Source: Candidatus Thorarchaeota archaeon (GTDB lineage: Archaea > Asgardarchaeota > Thorarchaeia > Thorarchaeales > Thorarchaeaceae). Taken from it: a stretch of DNA of 64,000 nucleotides. How positions within the stretch are numbered: the stretch's first letter is position 1; every line of letters starts with the position of its first letter. Of the stretch, positions 17,140 to 28,263 are shown in pieces. A program made the translations under genes and the position numbers. The stretch covers positions 1 through 64,000 of the forward strand of contig JAFGAR010000064.1 of NCBI GenBank assembly GCA_016933575.1. Direction: 5' to 3'. The notes beneath the pieces were generated by a model, which saw only the letters and a program-made list of their open reading frames with translations, searched no databases and was not told the origin of the DNA.

Positions 17140-19965
17140 ATGGCTATCTCTGAACTTACAATTCTAACAATCGTATTCGAGTTTCTCCCACCATTGATTG
17201 TGACTTTTATCTACTTGCTCTTCTTTGGCAAGAGGAAAAGTAAACTCATAGAGTCATTTATCATTTTGATGTATGTGAAGACAATTACGTGGTTCTTACT
17301 TGATATTGTTAGACTGCCAATCTCTGTATCCAGTGGATTTGACCCAATTGTTAGTACTAGCGGTCTGTCATGGATTTTATTAACCGATATGCTCTTCCAA
17401 TTCTTCAGTTCGTTGCAAGAATACCTACTCTGGATTATGATGGCGTTTCTTGCAGTTCTTTTTGGAATGCTTGTCTTAGCAGCAAAACTGACCCTTCAAG
17501 ATCCATTAAAAATGAAATTCAAGAATATTATCAAGAGAATTGTTGGAAAAGAACCTGAGAGTGACGGATATGCTGGTCTCACAGACCGTCTGAACAACAT
17601 CAAGTTTGAGGGCTTAGAAACTAATCCTCTAGATCCTGAAGTTCAAGCAAAGGCTTGGAGACAAGCATGGAAGGATTATGTGATCATAGGACTGGCTACT
17701 TTAGTTCCATCGATTACTATCTATGTAGGTAGTCTGGAGAGCTTCATTGTTCAGAAGACTGACATGACACGCTATCTCGCTGACTATGCTCCAGACAATT
17801 ATTACTTAGGTGTGATTATATTTCTAACATGGATCTATCGTTTTGGTTATCCTGCATCCAACAGAATCGCAAAAGCTGTGGGGTTGCACCTCGGTAACCG
17901 TGATATTGGTTCTGAGATGATGCGGGGCGTACTGGGTTGGTTCTTCAGACTCAATATTCTCCTAACACTCTATACTTTTGCATCACAAGCAATTGATTTC
18001 TTTGCAAGTGACTACTCCGATCCTATCGGACTCCTGACTGAATATTATGGGCTTGGACTGCTACTGGCAGCACCGCCAATCATATTTGCTGTTATCGTTC
18101 TTCCGTATGCTGAAGACTTCTCATCTGTATTCTACAAACGGACTTTCGATGCATTAGCAGGTGCTCGTACGAAAATAAGAGAGAGCAACAAATCCGCAGC
18201 TTTGAGAAATGTCCTCTCAGGAATTGGAACTGGGATTGCTGTTACTGGCGCATTTGCAGGAGCAGTATTCGCATCAACTCTTAGTTATGCTCAACAGAGT
18301 TTTAGTGCGTATGGTCTGTTCAATGATAATCCTTTCCGCCTCTTTCCACGAGATGTTGATGATGTTGTTGCCCACATCTTGGAACTTGTGACTACTCCGA
18401 CAAGTCTGTATCCGAGTGCATTTATCCCACGAGATAACTACTCTTTGATATCACCAACGCTTTGGGCTATGTTAATGCTTGGTATTCCTTTTGCCTCAAT
18501 GATATTGATTGGAATATTGGGGCACTATATACGAGGCAATTCTAAGGGTGGAAGTGAGTCATTTGCCATATTTGCAGGTTCTACTGTAGCAACTATTACA
18601 TATATCATCTTCCAAGGTATGGATTACATCTTGGGAGTATCTGTAACTCCTGCTACTTATGCTGGCGAAGTCTTTTATCGACTAAGACCTGTGCCGTTTC
18701 TCCCAGAAGCTGATCAATGGTTGTGGAGGCTTGCATCACAATTTGCAGTTAACTTGCCCACTTTCATCTTCACAGCATTATTCATACTCTATTTCTTCGA
18801 GTTTCGAAAGAGATGGAAGGAAACAACCGGTGATGTGAGTGGCCCTCTTCTCAATGTAAAGCGTAACGATGTTTTGGATTCAGTAATCATGTTCTTTGGA
18901 GGTCTTGTCGTTTCTATCATTGGTGTGTGGATTTTAGCTGAAATATTACAGAATCCTGCATTTTTCAATAATCTACTCAATGGACTGCTACAGAAAATTG
19001 GTGCACCGGATGGACTAGAAGGAATCCTACCACCTCCGACCGATCCGTTAACACTTGGAGATCCAGGTGGCTGGTTCATTGTCTTTGCAGAGCATAACAT
19101 TGTCAGAATCTTACTCATGCTAATCATCGGGCCAGTTTTTTGGGCTGCGGTTCTATGGTTTGTTGGAGCGAAGAAGACAAAAAGTGAATCGAATATGGGT
19201 CTTGCCAGTGTTGTAAGCCTCGTCTGTCTTGGCGCAGCTACGGTTCTGCTAACGCAATTCAATGCAAATACTGGAATGTTCATTCAATATGATCCATTCA
19301 ATCCAAGGTGGGGTTTTACCACACAATTAGGTCAATGGTCCTTGATTATCTTTGGGATCCCCGTCTTAGTATTATTAGGAATCATTGCCATTCGGTATTG
19401 GGGGGGAAAAGGTATAGGTGCATGGTGGTTTCCGGTATTTATCTTCATCTTTGCTATCGAATACTTTGTGTATGACGACCAATTCACATTGATTGCATTG
19501 ATAGTACTTCCAGCCATAATTGCAGGTGCCTATAGACTGATGCATTCCAAACGAGAAGATGTTCGTTCTGAAGATTTCATAATAACATACATCAGATTCA
19601 GCCTGATGGCTGTGGCAATTGCTGAGGTCTTATCGACTGCATTAACAGTTGGTGGGATTGCTATCATCAATTTGACATTTGGTGGAAATGCTTGGCAGTT
19701 TCTTGCAAGTATCATCCCACATGCCATTGTAGAGATACCAGTCTTTCTCCTTGCTGCAGGTCTCTCGATTCGCATTGCAAGAGATTTGGGACCGACAGTA
19801 AAGAGCGAAGATTGGAACACATTCCCTGCCCAAACAAGAGATCTCCTAAGTGATGAACGCACGTGGCGTACCGTTGCCATGATTGCTTTCTTACTGATAG
19901 TCGCCGCTATAATAGAAGCATATGTGACACCAATTGTCTGGCAATTCGCATTATTGTTCTTCTAA
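17140..19965 (+). CDS. Large polytopic membrane protein with C-terminal SpoIIM-like domain
   Basis: About 20 TM; C-terminal IIPHAIVEIP...LLIVAAIIEAYVTP SpoIIM signature; AGGAG RBS. Confidence 0.75.
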   Translation: MAISELTILTIVFEFLPPLIVTFIYLLFFGKRKSKLIESFIILMYVKTITWFLLDIVRLPISVSSGFDPIVSTSGLSWILLTDMLFQFFSSLQEYLLWIMMAFLAVLFGMLVLAAKLTLQDPLKMKFKNIIKRIVGKEPESDGYAGLTDRLNNIKFEGLETNPLDPEVQAKAWRQAWKDYVIIGLATLVPSITIYVGSLESFIVQKTDMTRYLADYAPDNYYLGVIIFLTWIYRFGYPASNRIAKAVGLHLGNRDIGSEMMRGVLGWFFRLNILLTLYTFASQAIDFFASDYSDPIGLLTEYYGLGLLLAAPPIIFAVIVLPYAEDFSSVFYKRTFDALAGARTKIRESNKSAALRNVLSGIGTGIAVTGAFAGAVFASTLSYAQQSFSAYGLFNDNPFRLFPRDVDDVVAHILELVTTPTSLYPSAFIPRDNYSLISPTLWAMLMLGIPFASMILIGILGHYIRGNSKGGSESFAIFAGSTVATITYIIFQGMDYILGVSVTPATYAGEVFYRLRPVPFLPEADQWLWRLASQFAVNLPTFIFTALFILYFFEFRKRWKETTGDVSGPLLNVKRNDVLDSVIMFFGGLVVSIIGVWILAEILQNPAFFNNLLNGLLQKIGAPDGLEGILPPPTDPLTLGDPGGWFIVFAEHNIVRILLMLIIGPVFWAAVLWFVGAKKTKSESNMGLASVVSLVCLGAATVLLTQFNANTGMFIQYDPFNPRWGFTTQLGQWSLIIFGIPVLVLLGIIAIRYWGGKGIGAWWFPVFIFIFAIEYFVYDDQFTLIALIVLPAIIAGAYRLMHSKREDVRSEDFIITYIRFSLMAVAIAEVLSTALTVGGIAIINLTFGGNAWQFLASIIPHAIVEIPVFLLAAGLSIRIARDLGPTVKSEDWNTFPAQTRDLLSDERTWRTVAMIAFLLIVAAIIEAYVTPIVWQFALLFF

Positions 19966-19977
19966 ATCAATTAGATC

Positions 19978-20008
19978 GAGCGGGTATAATCCCGCTCTGT
20001 TCTTTTTC
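19978..20008 (+). terminator. Hairpin + U-tract terminator
   Basis: GAGCGGG-TATAAT-CCCGCTC then TGTTCTTTTTC. Confidence 0.7.
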
Positions 20009-20218
20009 GTAAAATCGAATTTCTCCACAATTACTGTCTTAATTCAATCGACGTAAGCTTATATGAAGTATTTCTAACTACGTTCTATGCGCCGTGAATA
20101 TTAGTATGACCATTTGCTGTAGCATCATTGTTTGGTTAGCTAATAAAAAAGTGCACGTCAATGTGCTTCCTTTGAAACAACACGGTTACCTATTGAAGAG
20201 AGACCAGGGGATTGCAAA

Positions 20219-23200
20219 ATGAAGGTAATTACGAAACTACTCTCATTGTTAGCTTTGTGTTTGTTTACAGCTTCCTTTTTCATTAATGCACCTATTATTC
20301 CCATTTCAAATTCGCAGGAGAATAGTGTTCTTCCTGACATGCAAAGGGGAAATCAACAGAACGTTCTTACTGACTATCCAATCAATTATACAGAAGTAAG
20401 CTGGGATCAACAGACAATAAACGAACAGCGCGAAGAACAATGGAATTCATCAAGATACAGATTCGGACCAAAAATAAACTGGCATACAAGAAATGCATCT
20501 ACTAATGAGATTACAGACTGGGCACAGGAGATACCACTCAATACTTGGTTTGATTTCATTCTTGAGATTCCATATACCGCCCTCAGTGGTCAAGTTCCGT
20601 ACGCTATTGCTCTGATGGGAAATTACTACAACCTAAGTGAGATGGAAGACGGCGAAATGCATAATGACTTCCATCCATATGCACTCTTTGCAATTTATTA
20701 TGTACTTGAGGACCGATTTGAAATCTACTCTAGCAAGGAAACAACACAGGTTGAAGGAGCTCCCAAAGATCTTCCAGAGAACTTTACATTATCAGATGTC
20801 TTCGGACCTATGGTTGAGCCATTTGCTGAGATTAATCATACTGCTTCTGGGTATATAGCCGGGACAGAAGCGTATTGGGGCCGATTTCGAATTCTCATGA
20901 ATTCCAGCACATATCCTGGTTTCTACATGTTCAGTGCAATGGCTATGGATGTTAATTTCCAATCCATTGCTCAGAGTGAAAGTACACAACAGAGTGGAAG
21001 ATTACTAGGAATGGACCTCCACTCGATTGTAAATCAAGCCTTTGGAGGTTATTATACAATCACTCGTCTTGATGATGATGGCGATATTCTTTATACAGTC
21101 AACCGAGGCGATGACTTCAACTTCACCGTGACTACAAGTAACGCAACACTTCTCAATAGTGTCAACATTATTATGTCTGCTCCCTCTACGTTCAAGGTTC
21201 AACGATGGGTGTATGGTCCTTATTCCGAAATTCAATTGCGAACAGGTGCATGGGAGTGGAATGATGCAGCAGGAGCCTATGCATGGAATGATACTATTGA
21301 AGTGACTTGGGCTGAACCAAGATTTGGATACCACTGGGAGGAGTCGTATTCTTGGGTGTATATGGGCAAAGAGTACATGGTTTATGATGGCAAACAGGAC
21401 CTTTGGGAGACCCATGAGTCCTGGCCCAATTTTTGTGTTTCATATAATTTCACGACTTCAAGCTGGGAGTACCTAGCATTATATCACTATGAGAACACCA
21501 CCTGGATAGATGATCACTGGGAATGGATAGAATGGCAGGAATACGAACCTTGGTCTTCAGAATTTAGAGTCCCATTTGTGCTTAATGAAACTACAAGCAC
21601 TGTGTATTACAATGGTCTTGGGAAACTTGTTGTGAACTTTAGAGGTCATATTAGTGAAGATATGCTTCCCTCTGGAAGTGAATATGGCGAAACACTTTAC
21701 GTCCATGAACAGATAACAAATCAATATGGAATCAAATTGGTGAACTATGTGAACCTACCAATTGCTACTCCTCAAGAGATGCTTGATTACGAAAATCAAC
21801 GAGAACTTGCTATTGATTCTCCAGTGTCTATTGTCAAGATTACGCACAAGGGTGAACCCTATAGCCCTAGCTGGATTTTCCAAGCAGATATAGGTGAACC
21901 CTTCACTGTAAGCTCACGACTTCAGGGTGGTATCGAATATGCTGACGATATTGATGGTGTTGCTTTCATACTCTACGGTCACCAAGAACGTTGGGGAGAA
22001 GACATAGGCATTCAGTGGTGGCAACGTTCCGATATTGAAATTCAGGTCAAAGTAAGCCCCGAAGGCGGTATTGAGGTTAATGTATATAATTACACGGTAC
22101 GAACTTCTTGGGGGTATGGTGAACACTATGAATGGATCAATGTTGAAATTGCTCCTGGAATCTGGCAAGTTGAACGAGTATTGATTGAAGATTGGTTCTG
22201 GCAAGAACAGATTTGGGACTTCGTATTAGATGATTGGACAAATCAACACTTTCCAATGAATTCCCCGCAAGCAAAGATGTCAATCAATTGTTTGAATGCC
22301 GGAAATGTGACATATTCTATTGTTGGTGAGGACTTGAAGATATCCTTTGATATCACACCTCTTCCAGAAATGCCTTCACTTGAGTGGTGGTGGCAATACT
22401 TCTATGGAAATCTGACATGGGTGATAGACTATGAATCTGGTTGGGGTTCTCACACTGTTCTTGGCTGGACTGAGGATACAGTCTACCACTTCATGAATGG
22501 TACCGATATAGTATATGCAGAAGTGCCATACAAAGCACCAATTTTCAGAAATATGCAGAATGGAGAACTCTATGCCCGTCAAAAGATTCCCTATGTAATC
22601 ATTGATGGAAGAGAAGAACCACTGAAGAGTTACGTCTTTGGAGACCAAGACTATACTTACGAATCCTTGATTCGTGAGGATTATGACTACATACTTGAGG
22701 ACTATCATCGGTATATCAGATTGCAGAATAATACCGAGATTGAGGTCTTTGGAGATCAGACTGCAGCTTTATTCAATGTCACACTGATCAATGGAACTTG
22801 GTTCTTGTCCTTCCAAGAGGACCCGTACTACATGGGAGGTATGAACATTTACTCTATGATTGCAGATGATGGATCGGTCATAGCAATGCCTTGGCCAGAA
22901 TGGGAAGGATACTCATCTGTGAGGACAGGTGTAGTTCCTGTTGAGATGGTTGATTATACCCTTGTAACCTATGCATCTCCCTTCTATCCATACGAACCAT
23001 TTAATGTTGAACCCTTGTTCATGGTTGGATGGCCTGAGTATGTTGGTCCAGACCACTGGATCTTTCGTATGAATGGAACATGGGAGGTCTTTGATATGTG
23101 GCGATGCTACGAACCTGAATTTGAACATCTCTACATCTACTTCGATCACCATACTGGACGACATTATGTTTTTGATTGGCCATGGGAATTGATGAAGTGC

Positions 23201-26200
23201 GAAGGACCATATTCGGGTATACTTATTCCCCACTATGTTACCCATCTCTTCGCATATGTCACTGTAGGAGGTACAAACTATCCAATACCTGAAGCTGGTC
23301 ATCCAATAGGAGGATGGTGGGATCTTGAGTGGATCATTCGAAGTAAGTACTCTCATGAGATAGCTTACATCAATGGAACTGCATATGTTGCTAAGACAGT
23401 ACTAGATATGTATGGATATCCATACAATGAATATGCACCAGACCCCGACAATCCACCGTATTTCTATGGATATCATCTCTATGAGGTCAATGTGTCAAAT
23501 ACATTTTATAATCTCACGGATTGGGGACGTTATAACGAGACATATTTTGTAATGAACTACGATTATTTCCCCGACACAATGCCTTGGGTCACATGGGTGA
23601 ATGGTTCATTATTCATTCCAGAAGTATTCCATACCGATTGGACTGTTGGTATTGGTAGTAGGAATGCAACTACTCTTGAGTTTGAGGTGGAGACATGGCT
23701 TGATATAGTCACAGGATTCTATGATGGCGATTATGGATCAAGTCAGATTCATGACTGGAACTATACCCATTACTATGATTTTGTTATGACAAAGACCGGC
23801 GAGATGTTTTACTATAACTCAACTTGGCGTGCTGTATTTCATAATATTACACTCTCAAATGGAACTTTCTTCTATTCAGCGATGGAGCACCCTCAGATCT
23901 GGCCTACTGATTTCAGTACATGGGAGGTTGATACCTTCTATATGATAGACATCTATGGCGATTACCATTGGTGGTATGGTTGGGATGAATACACTTCTCA
24001 CTTAATCATGGTTGAAAATGTCACTGGTGACTCGTGGACTGGAAGTTTCTGGTTCCAAGGAGAGTCTGTCCCTATTATTCACTTCGATGTTACCCATTGG
24101 GATTGGGATGGGTCTACGTGGAATAGTGGAACACATACCGAAGACTCTGTTTGGGCGGAGTACTACTATTTCTTACAAGCACTGAATGGATCAACCTATG
24201 AGATAATCCCACTGCATTACACGCCTGAGAGCTACAGATTCAACTATCCTTCATGGCAATTCAAGTATGATGGTACATTCTATAACATCAGTGGAAGCTC
24301 TGATATGATTTACAAGGCATATCGTTTTGAAGGCTATTCCAAGAAGTTGGACTATGCCGCATTACCTGTATCCATCATAAATAACCAAGACAAAATTGTA
24401 ACTGGCGCTCCAGACTTTGGTATGTGGGATATCGATCTCTGGGCAGTTAATCCTGAAAATGGAGCTCTTGATTTGGATGGAGATCTTGATACAACAGATG
24501 ATCAATACTTTGTGAAAGAATTCCATTCATCAACTGATTCCTACAATATCACTCATAAATACTTGGATGTCATGATTCTCTGGGAACCTGATAATGAAAC
24601 ATATGGCGATGAGTTCTACCTCCATTCATTTACAGGAATGGTCACATTCAACTGGACCTCCTCTTGGGAAGATAACTACATCTGGACAAAGGCAGCTACT
24701 GGAGAAACCCTGACAACTGCAGAGTTTGATGCAGTCAAAGATACTCTCTTGGATGAATGGGGCAACTCAAAACCAGGATACTGGAGTGTTGCTTGGTTAG
24801 CCAATAACTTCACCTCAGATGATCTTATTCAACAAGCTATTGAGGAAGGATGGGATTGGGCAATCGATAACTCTCGAGAATGGAGCTGGCTCTGGTGGGA
24901 ACTTGAAGAACACTATAGCACCGAGGTGACAAATGGCACATATACTGAGTTGATGGATATCAACTTAGCATACGAATATGCAGGTATGTTTGCGTGGGAA
25001 GATGAGGATGATGACAACTTCATGGATGTATCCACCGAGAGTCTAGGCAGTGCAGAGATGTCTCACTACTGGATGCCTGTTGATGTTGATTCCGTCAATT
25101 TCACAACTCCTGGAGAAGCTTTCGGCAACTTCAATCCCACTGATACCATTTACGTGGATGTCACTGACACTATAGATTTTGGTGTAACCTTCGATAATGT
25201 AACGGGTATGGTCTTTCCATTTGGAGAATATTCCTATTGGGATTGGTACAGTGGTCAGTACTATGGTTCTGATTTTGCCAGCTTCAATGAACGACCTACC
25301 GAGTGTACAACAGATGAGTTCTCATTAGCTGTTCACTTCACAGGAATTGTCAACGATACAGTCAATATTGCTGAGGTGAAATTTGATATCACCGTTGGCG
25401 ATTGGGGTCTTAACACTCCTGGTGGAATAGCAGTTCTTGAAGACATTAGTCTAGCTGTCTGTTTCTACAGTGATCTCTCATTGGTCTCAGGTGGTGGCGG
25501 CGGTGGTACGATTGCGCAGTATCTAAGTGATAATGGAACAGCAGTCAGTAATGACGAAGCATTTGCATCAAGTAATTTCACGATGGCTGCAGAGAACAGC
25601 AGTGTTGCCCTCATGAATCTAGGAGGTGCACCCTACACATGGTCCAAGAACATCTCTCAGTCTTGCGCAGTCGATGCTCAGACTGTACCACTCTCTGCGC
25701 TTAGTGCAATCTATGTGTCAGGAAGTGGTGGCACAGCTACAACTTTCTCAATTACATCACAGCAATTCTACACATTGATTGGTTTCAAATGGTGGGATGG
25801 CTATGCACTTACAGTAGATCCAGTGTTTGTTGGGTATATCTCTCATGGTACAACCGACACAGAGGCACCAGCAATTGGTACGGTCTCTGCAGTTCCGGTT
25901 CAGATTTCTGGAGTGGATAATGCACACATAGCAGCAGCTGTCACCGATGATGGAGGTTCTGACTTAGCAACCGTGAAGGTCTGGGACATTACTAATGACG
26001 CAAACCACTCAATGACTTACAACGAAGGCTCAGGTCTCTGGGAGGTTAATGTCCCACGTACAACCGATGGTCGTTACACCATGAATTATCGGATTGTTGC
26101 AGCAGACAATGCAGGAAACGAGGCTTATACAACAACTAGTTCGTTTCTCTACCGGGACAATATTCCTCCAACCATTGACACTCTTGATTGGGACAACAGC

Positions 26201-26923
26201 ACCGATATTTATGGACATGAGATTGCGATTGTTTCAGCAGAAGTATCAGACCTTGGCGGTTCAGATATTGATGAAGTGATATTGACCTACTCCAATTCAA
26301 CTAATGACTACAATGTCACCATGTCACTAAATGCTGGTTCCTATGAAGGTGCAATACCAAATCATCCCCCACTCACAACCGTGAGCTTCTGGATTACTGT
26401 CATTGACCAAGATGGCAACTTTGTAGAGAGTACTCCGGAGCAGTTTACTTTTGCCTCTGGTGGAATGCCTGACACACTTGGTCCATCCATGTCGTTGATA
26501 TCTCATGATCCCGAGAATCCAACACCAAGTGAAGCTGTTACAGTGTCTGCGACTGTCATTGACACAACCGGCATTGACTATGTAATCCTTCAATATCGTA
26601 TCGGTACAGGGACATGGAACAATATCACAATGACTTGTGTGAGTGATACCTACTCGGGCCTCATCTCAGCTCAAGTGGACGGAACTACTGTCACCTACAG
26701 ACTTGTTGCCATGGACACTCTTGGCAATGAGGCTATCTCGGGTGAGTTCTCTTATACAGTTGAAGAACCTGCAGTGACCACTACAACAACAATTACGACC
26801 ACAACGACAACGACTACAGGGACTGAACCCCCATCAGGAGATAATACAATGATCCTACTTGCCGGAGTGGGTGGCCTAGCTCTTATCGTAGTAGTTTTAG
26901 TCGTTGTTCGAAGGCGCAGTTAG
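20219..26923 (+). CDS. Giant secreted Trp/Tyr-rich surface glycoprotein (2234 aa), Ig-like C-terminal repeats, Thr linker, TM anchor
   Basis: Signal peptide; many NxS/T sequons; DLDGDLDTTDDQ; poly-Thr; TM + RRRS; paralog of 36442-42318. Confidence 0.85.
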   Translation: MKVITKLLSLLALCLFTASFFINAPIIPISNSQENSVLPDMQRGNQQNVLTDYPINYTEVSWDQQTINEQREEQWNSSRYRFGPKINWHTRNASTNEITDWAQEIPLNTWFDFILEIPYTALSGQVPYAIALMGNYYNLSEMEDGEMHNDFHPYALFAIYYVLEDRFEIYSSKETTQVEGAPKDLPENFTLSDVFGPMVEPFAEINHTASGYIAGTEAYWGRFRILMNSSTYPGFYMFSAMAMDVNFQSIAQSESTQQSGRLLGMDLHSIVNQAFGGYYTITRLDDDGDILYTVNRGDDFNFTVTTSNATLLNSVNIIMSAPSTFKVQRWVYGPYSEIQLRTGAWEWNDAAGAYAWNDTIEVTWAEPRFGYHWEESYSWVYMGKEYMVYDGKQDLWETHESWPNFCVSYNFTTSSWEYLALYHYENTTWIDDHWEWIEWQEYEPWSSEFRVPFVLNETTSTVYYNGLGKLVVNFRGHISEDMLPSGSEYGETLYVHEQITNQYGIKLVNYVNLPIATPQEMLDYENQRELAIDSPVSIVKITHKGEPYSPSWIFQADIGEPFTVSSRLQGGIEYADDIDGVAFILYGHQERWGEDIGIQWWQRSDIEIQVKVSPEGGIEVNVYNYTVRTSWGYGEHYEWINVEIAPGIWQVERVLIEDWFWQEQIWDFVLDDWTNQHFPMNSPQAKMSINCLNAGNVTYSIVGEDLKISFDITPLPEMPSLEWWWQYFYGNLTWVIDYESGWGSHTVLGWTEDTVYHFMNGTDIVYAEVPYKAPIFRNMQNGELYARQKIPYVIIDGREEPLKSYVFGDQDYTYESLIREDYDYILEDYHRYIRLQNNTEIEVFGDQTAALFNVTLINGTWFLSFQEDPYYMGGMNIYSMIADDGSVIAMPWPEWEGYSSVRTGVVPVEMVDYTLVTYASPFYPYEPFNVEPLFMVGWPEYVGPDHWIFRMNGTWEVFDMWRCYEPEFEHLYIYFDHHTGRHYVFDWPWELMKCEGPYSGILIPHYVTHLFAYVTVGGTNYPIPEAGHPIGGWWDLEWIIRSKYSHEIAYINGTAYVAKTVLDMYGYPYNEYAPDPDNPPYFYGYHLYEVNVSNTFYNLTDWGRYNETYFVMNYDYFPDTMPWVTWVNGSLFIPEVFHTDWTVGIGSRNATTLEFEVETWLDIVTGFYDGDYGSSQIHDWNYTHYYDFVMTKTGEMFYYNSTWRAVFHNITLSNGTFFYSAMEHPQIWPTDFSTWEVDTFYMIDIYGDYHWWYGWDEYTSHLIMVENVTGDSWTGSFWFQGESVPIIHFDVTHWDWDGSTWNSGTHTEDSVWAEYYYFLQALNGSTYEIIPLHYTPESYRFNYPSWQFKYDGTFYNISGSSDMIYKAYRFEGYSKKLDYAALPVSIINNQDKIVTGAPDFGMWDIDLWAVNPENGALDLDGDLDTTDDQYFVKEFHSSTDSYNITHKYLDVMILWEPDNETYGDEFYLHSFTGMVTFNWTSSWEDNYIWTKAATGETLTTAEFDAVKDTLLDEWGNSKPGYWSVAWLANNFTSDDLIQQAIEEGWDWAIDNSREWSWLWWELEEHYSTEVTNGTYTELMDINLAYEYAGMFAWEDEDDDNFMDVSTESLGSAEMSHYWMPVDVDSVNFTTPGEAFGNFNPTDTIYVDVTDTIDFGVTFDNVTGMVFPFGEYSYWDWYSGQYYGSDFASFNERPTECTTDEFSLAVHFTGIVNDTVNIAEVKFDITVGDWGLNTPGGIAVLEDISLAVCFYSDLSLVSGGGGGGTIAQYLSDNGTAVSNDEAFASSNFTMAAENSSVALMNLGGAPYTWSKNISQSCAVDAQTVPLSALSAIYVSGSGGTATTFSITSQQFYTLIGFKWWDGYALTVDPVFVGYISHGTTDTEAPAIGTVSAVPVQISGVDNAHIAAAVTDDGGSDLATVKVWDITNDANHSMTYNEGSGLWEVNVPRTTDGRYTMNYRIVAADNAGNEAYTTTSSFLYRDNIPPTIDTLDWDNSTDIYGHEIAIVSAEVSDLGGSDIDEVILTYSNSTNDYNVTMSLNAGSYEGAIPNHPPLTTVSFWITVIDQDGNFVESTPEQFTFASGGMPDTLGPSMSLISHDPENPTPSEAVTVSATVIDTTGIDYVILQYRIGTGTWNNITMTCVSDTYSGLISAQVDGTTVTYRLVAMDTLGNEAISGEFSYTVEEPAVTTTTTITTTTTTTTGTEPPSGDNTMILLAGVGGLALIVVVLVVVRRRS

Positions 26924-26933
26924 AACAAGAATG

Positions 26934-26965
26934 GCGGGCTCTTTGCCCGCTTTCTCCTCTTTTTT
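26934..26965 (+). terminator. Hairpin + U-tract terminator
   Basis: GCGGGC-TCTTT-GCCCGC then TTTCTCCTCTTTTTT. Confidence 0.7.
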
Positions 26966-26983
26966 AAAATCATCGAATTGACT

Positions 26984-27388
26984 CTACTCGCTATATAGCT
27001 GGTCTTTCATTTTTTCGAAAAAGAATTTGATGCCTGCGAGATGAGCCTCATAAGTGCAGCTGAAAAGATCATAGGAGATGCCAGTTACCGGCAATGCATT
27101 TCGAAGAATTAAACAGTTCTTTTTATCAATTCCAAAGTTGACCTCAACAAGAGTTGCATTTGCTTTGAGTAGCTTCTCGTATACTTCTCGTCTCCCTTTA
27201 CTTGGTAGATCATCTAGACTCATCAAACGTGTTGTAAGTGTTATCCAATTGGCTCCGGGAAAGACTTCAATTACTTTGGTCTCAGTCTGTCGTTCAGACT
27301 GCACGCTGAATGTCTTGCGTCCGTGTTCTTCGAAGTCTATATCTAATCTCTTCAAGTATTCCTTTGCAATGAACCAAGTTGTGCTCAT
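26984..27388 (-). CDS. YbjN-like / T3SS-chaperone-fold protein
   Basis: LL.AN...VNFGID...LILR..LP pattern; 134 aa. Confidence 0.6.
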   Translation of the reverse strand: MSTTWFIAKEYLKRLDIDFEEHGRKTFSVQSERQTETKVIEVFPGANWITLTTRLMSLDDLPSKGRREVYEKLLKANATLVEVNFGIDKKNCLILRNALPVTGISYDLFSCTYEAHLAGIKFFFEKMKDQLYSE

Positions 27389-27540
27389 AGCAATCCATTC
27401 CTATTATGTGGCATATCATCTCATGATGTTCTACATACCATGGATTTATTCTGTAACAATAATGAACAATTCCTAGTAAAAGTCTTCGCTTTTTATGCTT
27501 GTTTGAAAATGTACTAGAATAACATAATGATGCCGAGTAT

Positions 27541-28101
27541 TCAATTACTGACTTTGCTTTCCCACCAGTTCTTGACCTCTTCATCTTCAAACAAAATATC
27601 AGTTCTCCACCTAGTGGAGAATCTCATGAATATATAACCCAGAAGAAGTTGAATTGGAATTGGTCCGACATAAATGTAAAGGCCACTCCAAATTACTGGA
27701 TAATAACCCATTAATCCCCATACTGCGGCAGGGAGGATTGAGAGAGCTCCAAGCTGCAGCGTCTGTTTTCGTTCTGCTTGACCCATTCTGAAACGAACTA
27801 CTTGTACCGCAAATAGAATACTGAGAAAAGTGAATGTGATTGTGTTGATGAATACCGATGGATTTAGGAAGAATAGTCCATACCCCTCCACGCCAAAACC
27901 CATAGGATTGGAATTTCCTGAAGCTGGGAAATAAGACCATGCCAACGCCACAACCACAAGATCAATCCAACGATTATCTAGATAGTCATTACCCATTGAA
28001 AATGATGTTATCATTATCGGACATAATAAAGTTACAATCGTGTAGATTGTAGCTACTGTCAACGGTGAGAGATTCACGATTGTAGTCTTGATTCGATTCA
28101 T
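27541..28101 (-). CDS. Hypothetical membrane protein
   Basis: 186-aa ORF with 4-5 hydrophobic segments. Confidence 0.7.
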   Translation of the reverse strand: MNRIKTTIVNLSPLTVATIYTIVTLLCPIMITSFSMGNDYLDNRWIDLVVVALAWSYFPASGNSNPMGFGVEGYGLFFLNPSVFINTITFTFLSILFAVQVVRFRMGQAERKQTLQLGALSILPAAVWGLMGYYPVIWSGLYIYVGPIPIQLLLGYIFMRFSTRWRTDILFEDEEVKNWWESKVSN

Positions 28102-28220
28102 TATCTCATCTTCTCACAACACGATGTACTCCACTCTTGAGCTGTCACGATTGGCATTGCTCCCTACTTCAGTATATGTATACTATATTCCACTATTAAT
28201 CTTTGCACACTAATAAATGT

Positions 28221-28256
28221 AAAAAAAATAAGATCGCGGAGTCGACACCCCGCGAT
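28221..28256 (-). terminator. Hairpin + U-tract terminator (minus strand)
   Basis: ATCGCGG-N10-CCGCGAT preceded on the plus strand by an A8 run. Confidence 0.6.
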
Positions 28257-28263
28257 TATCACT

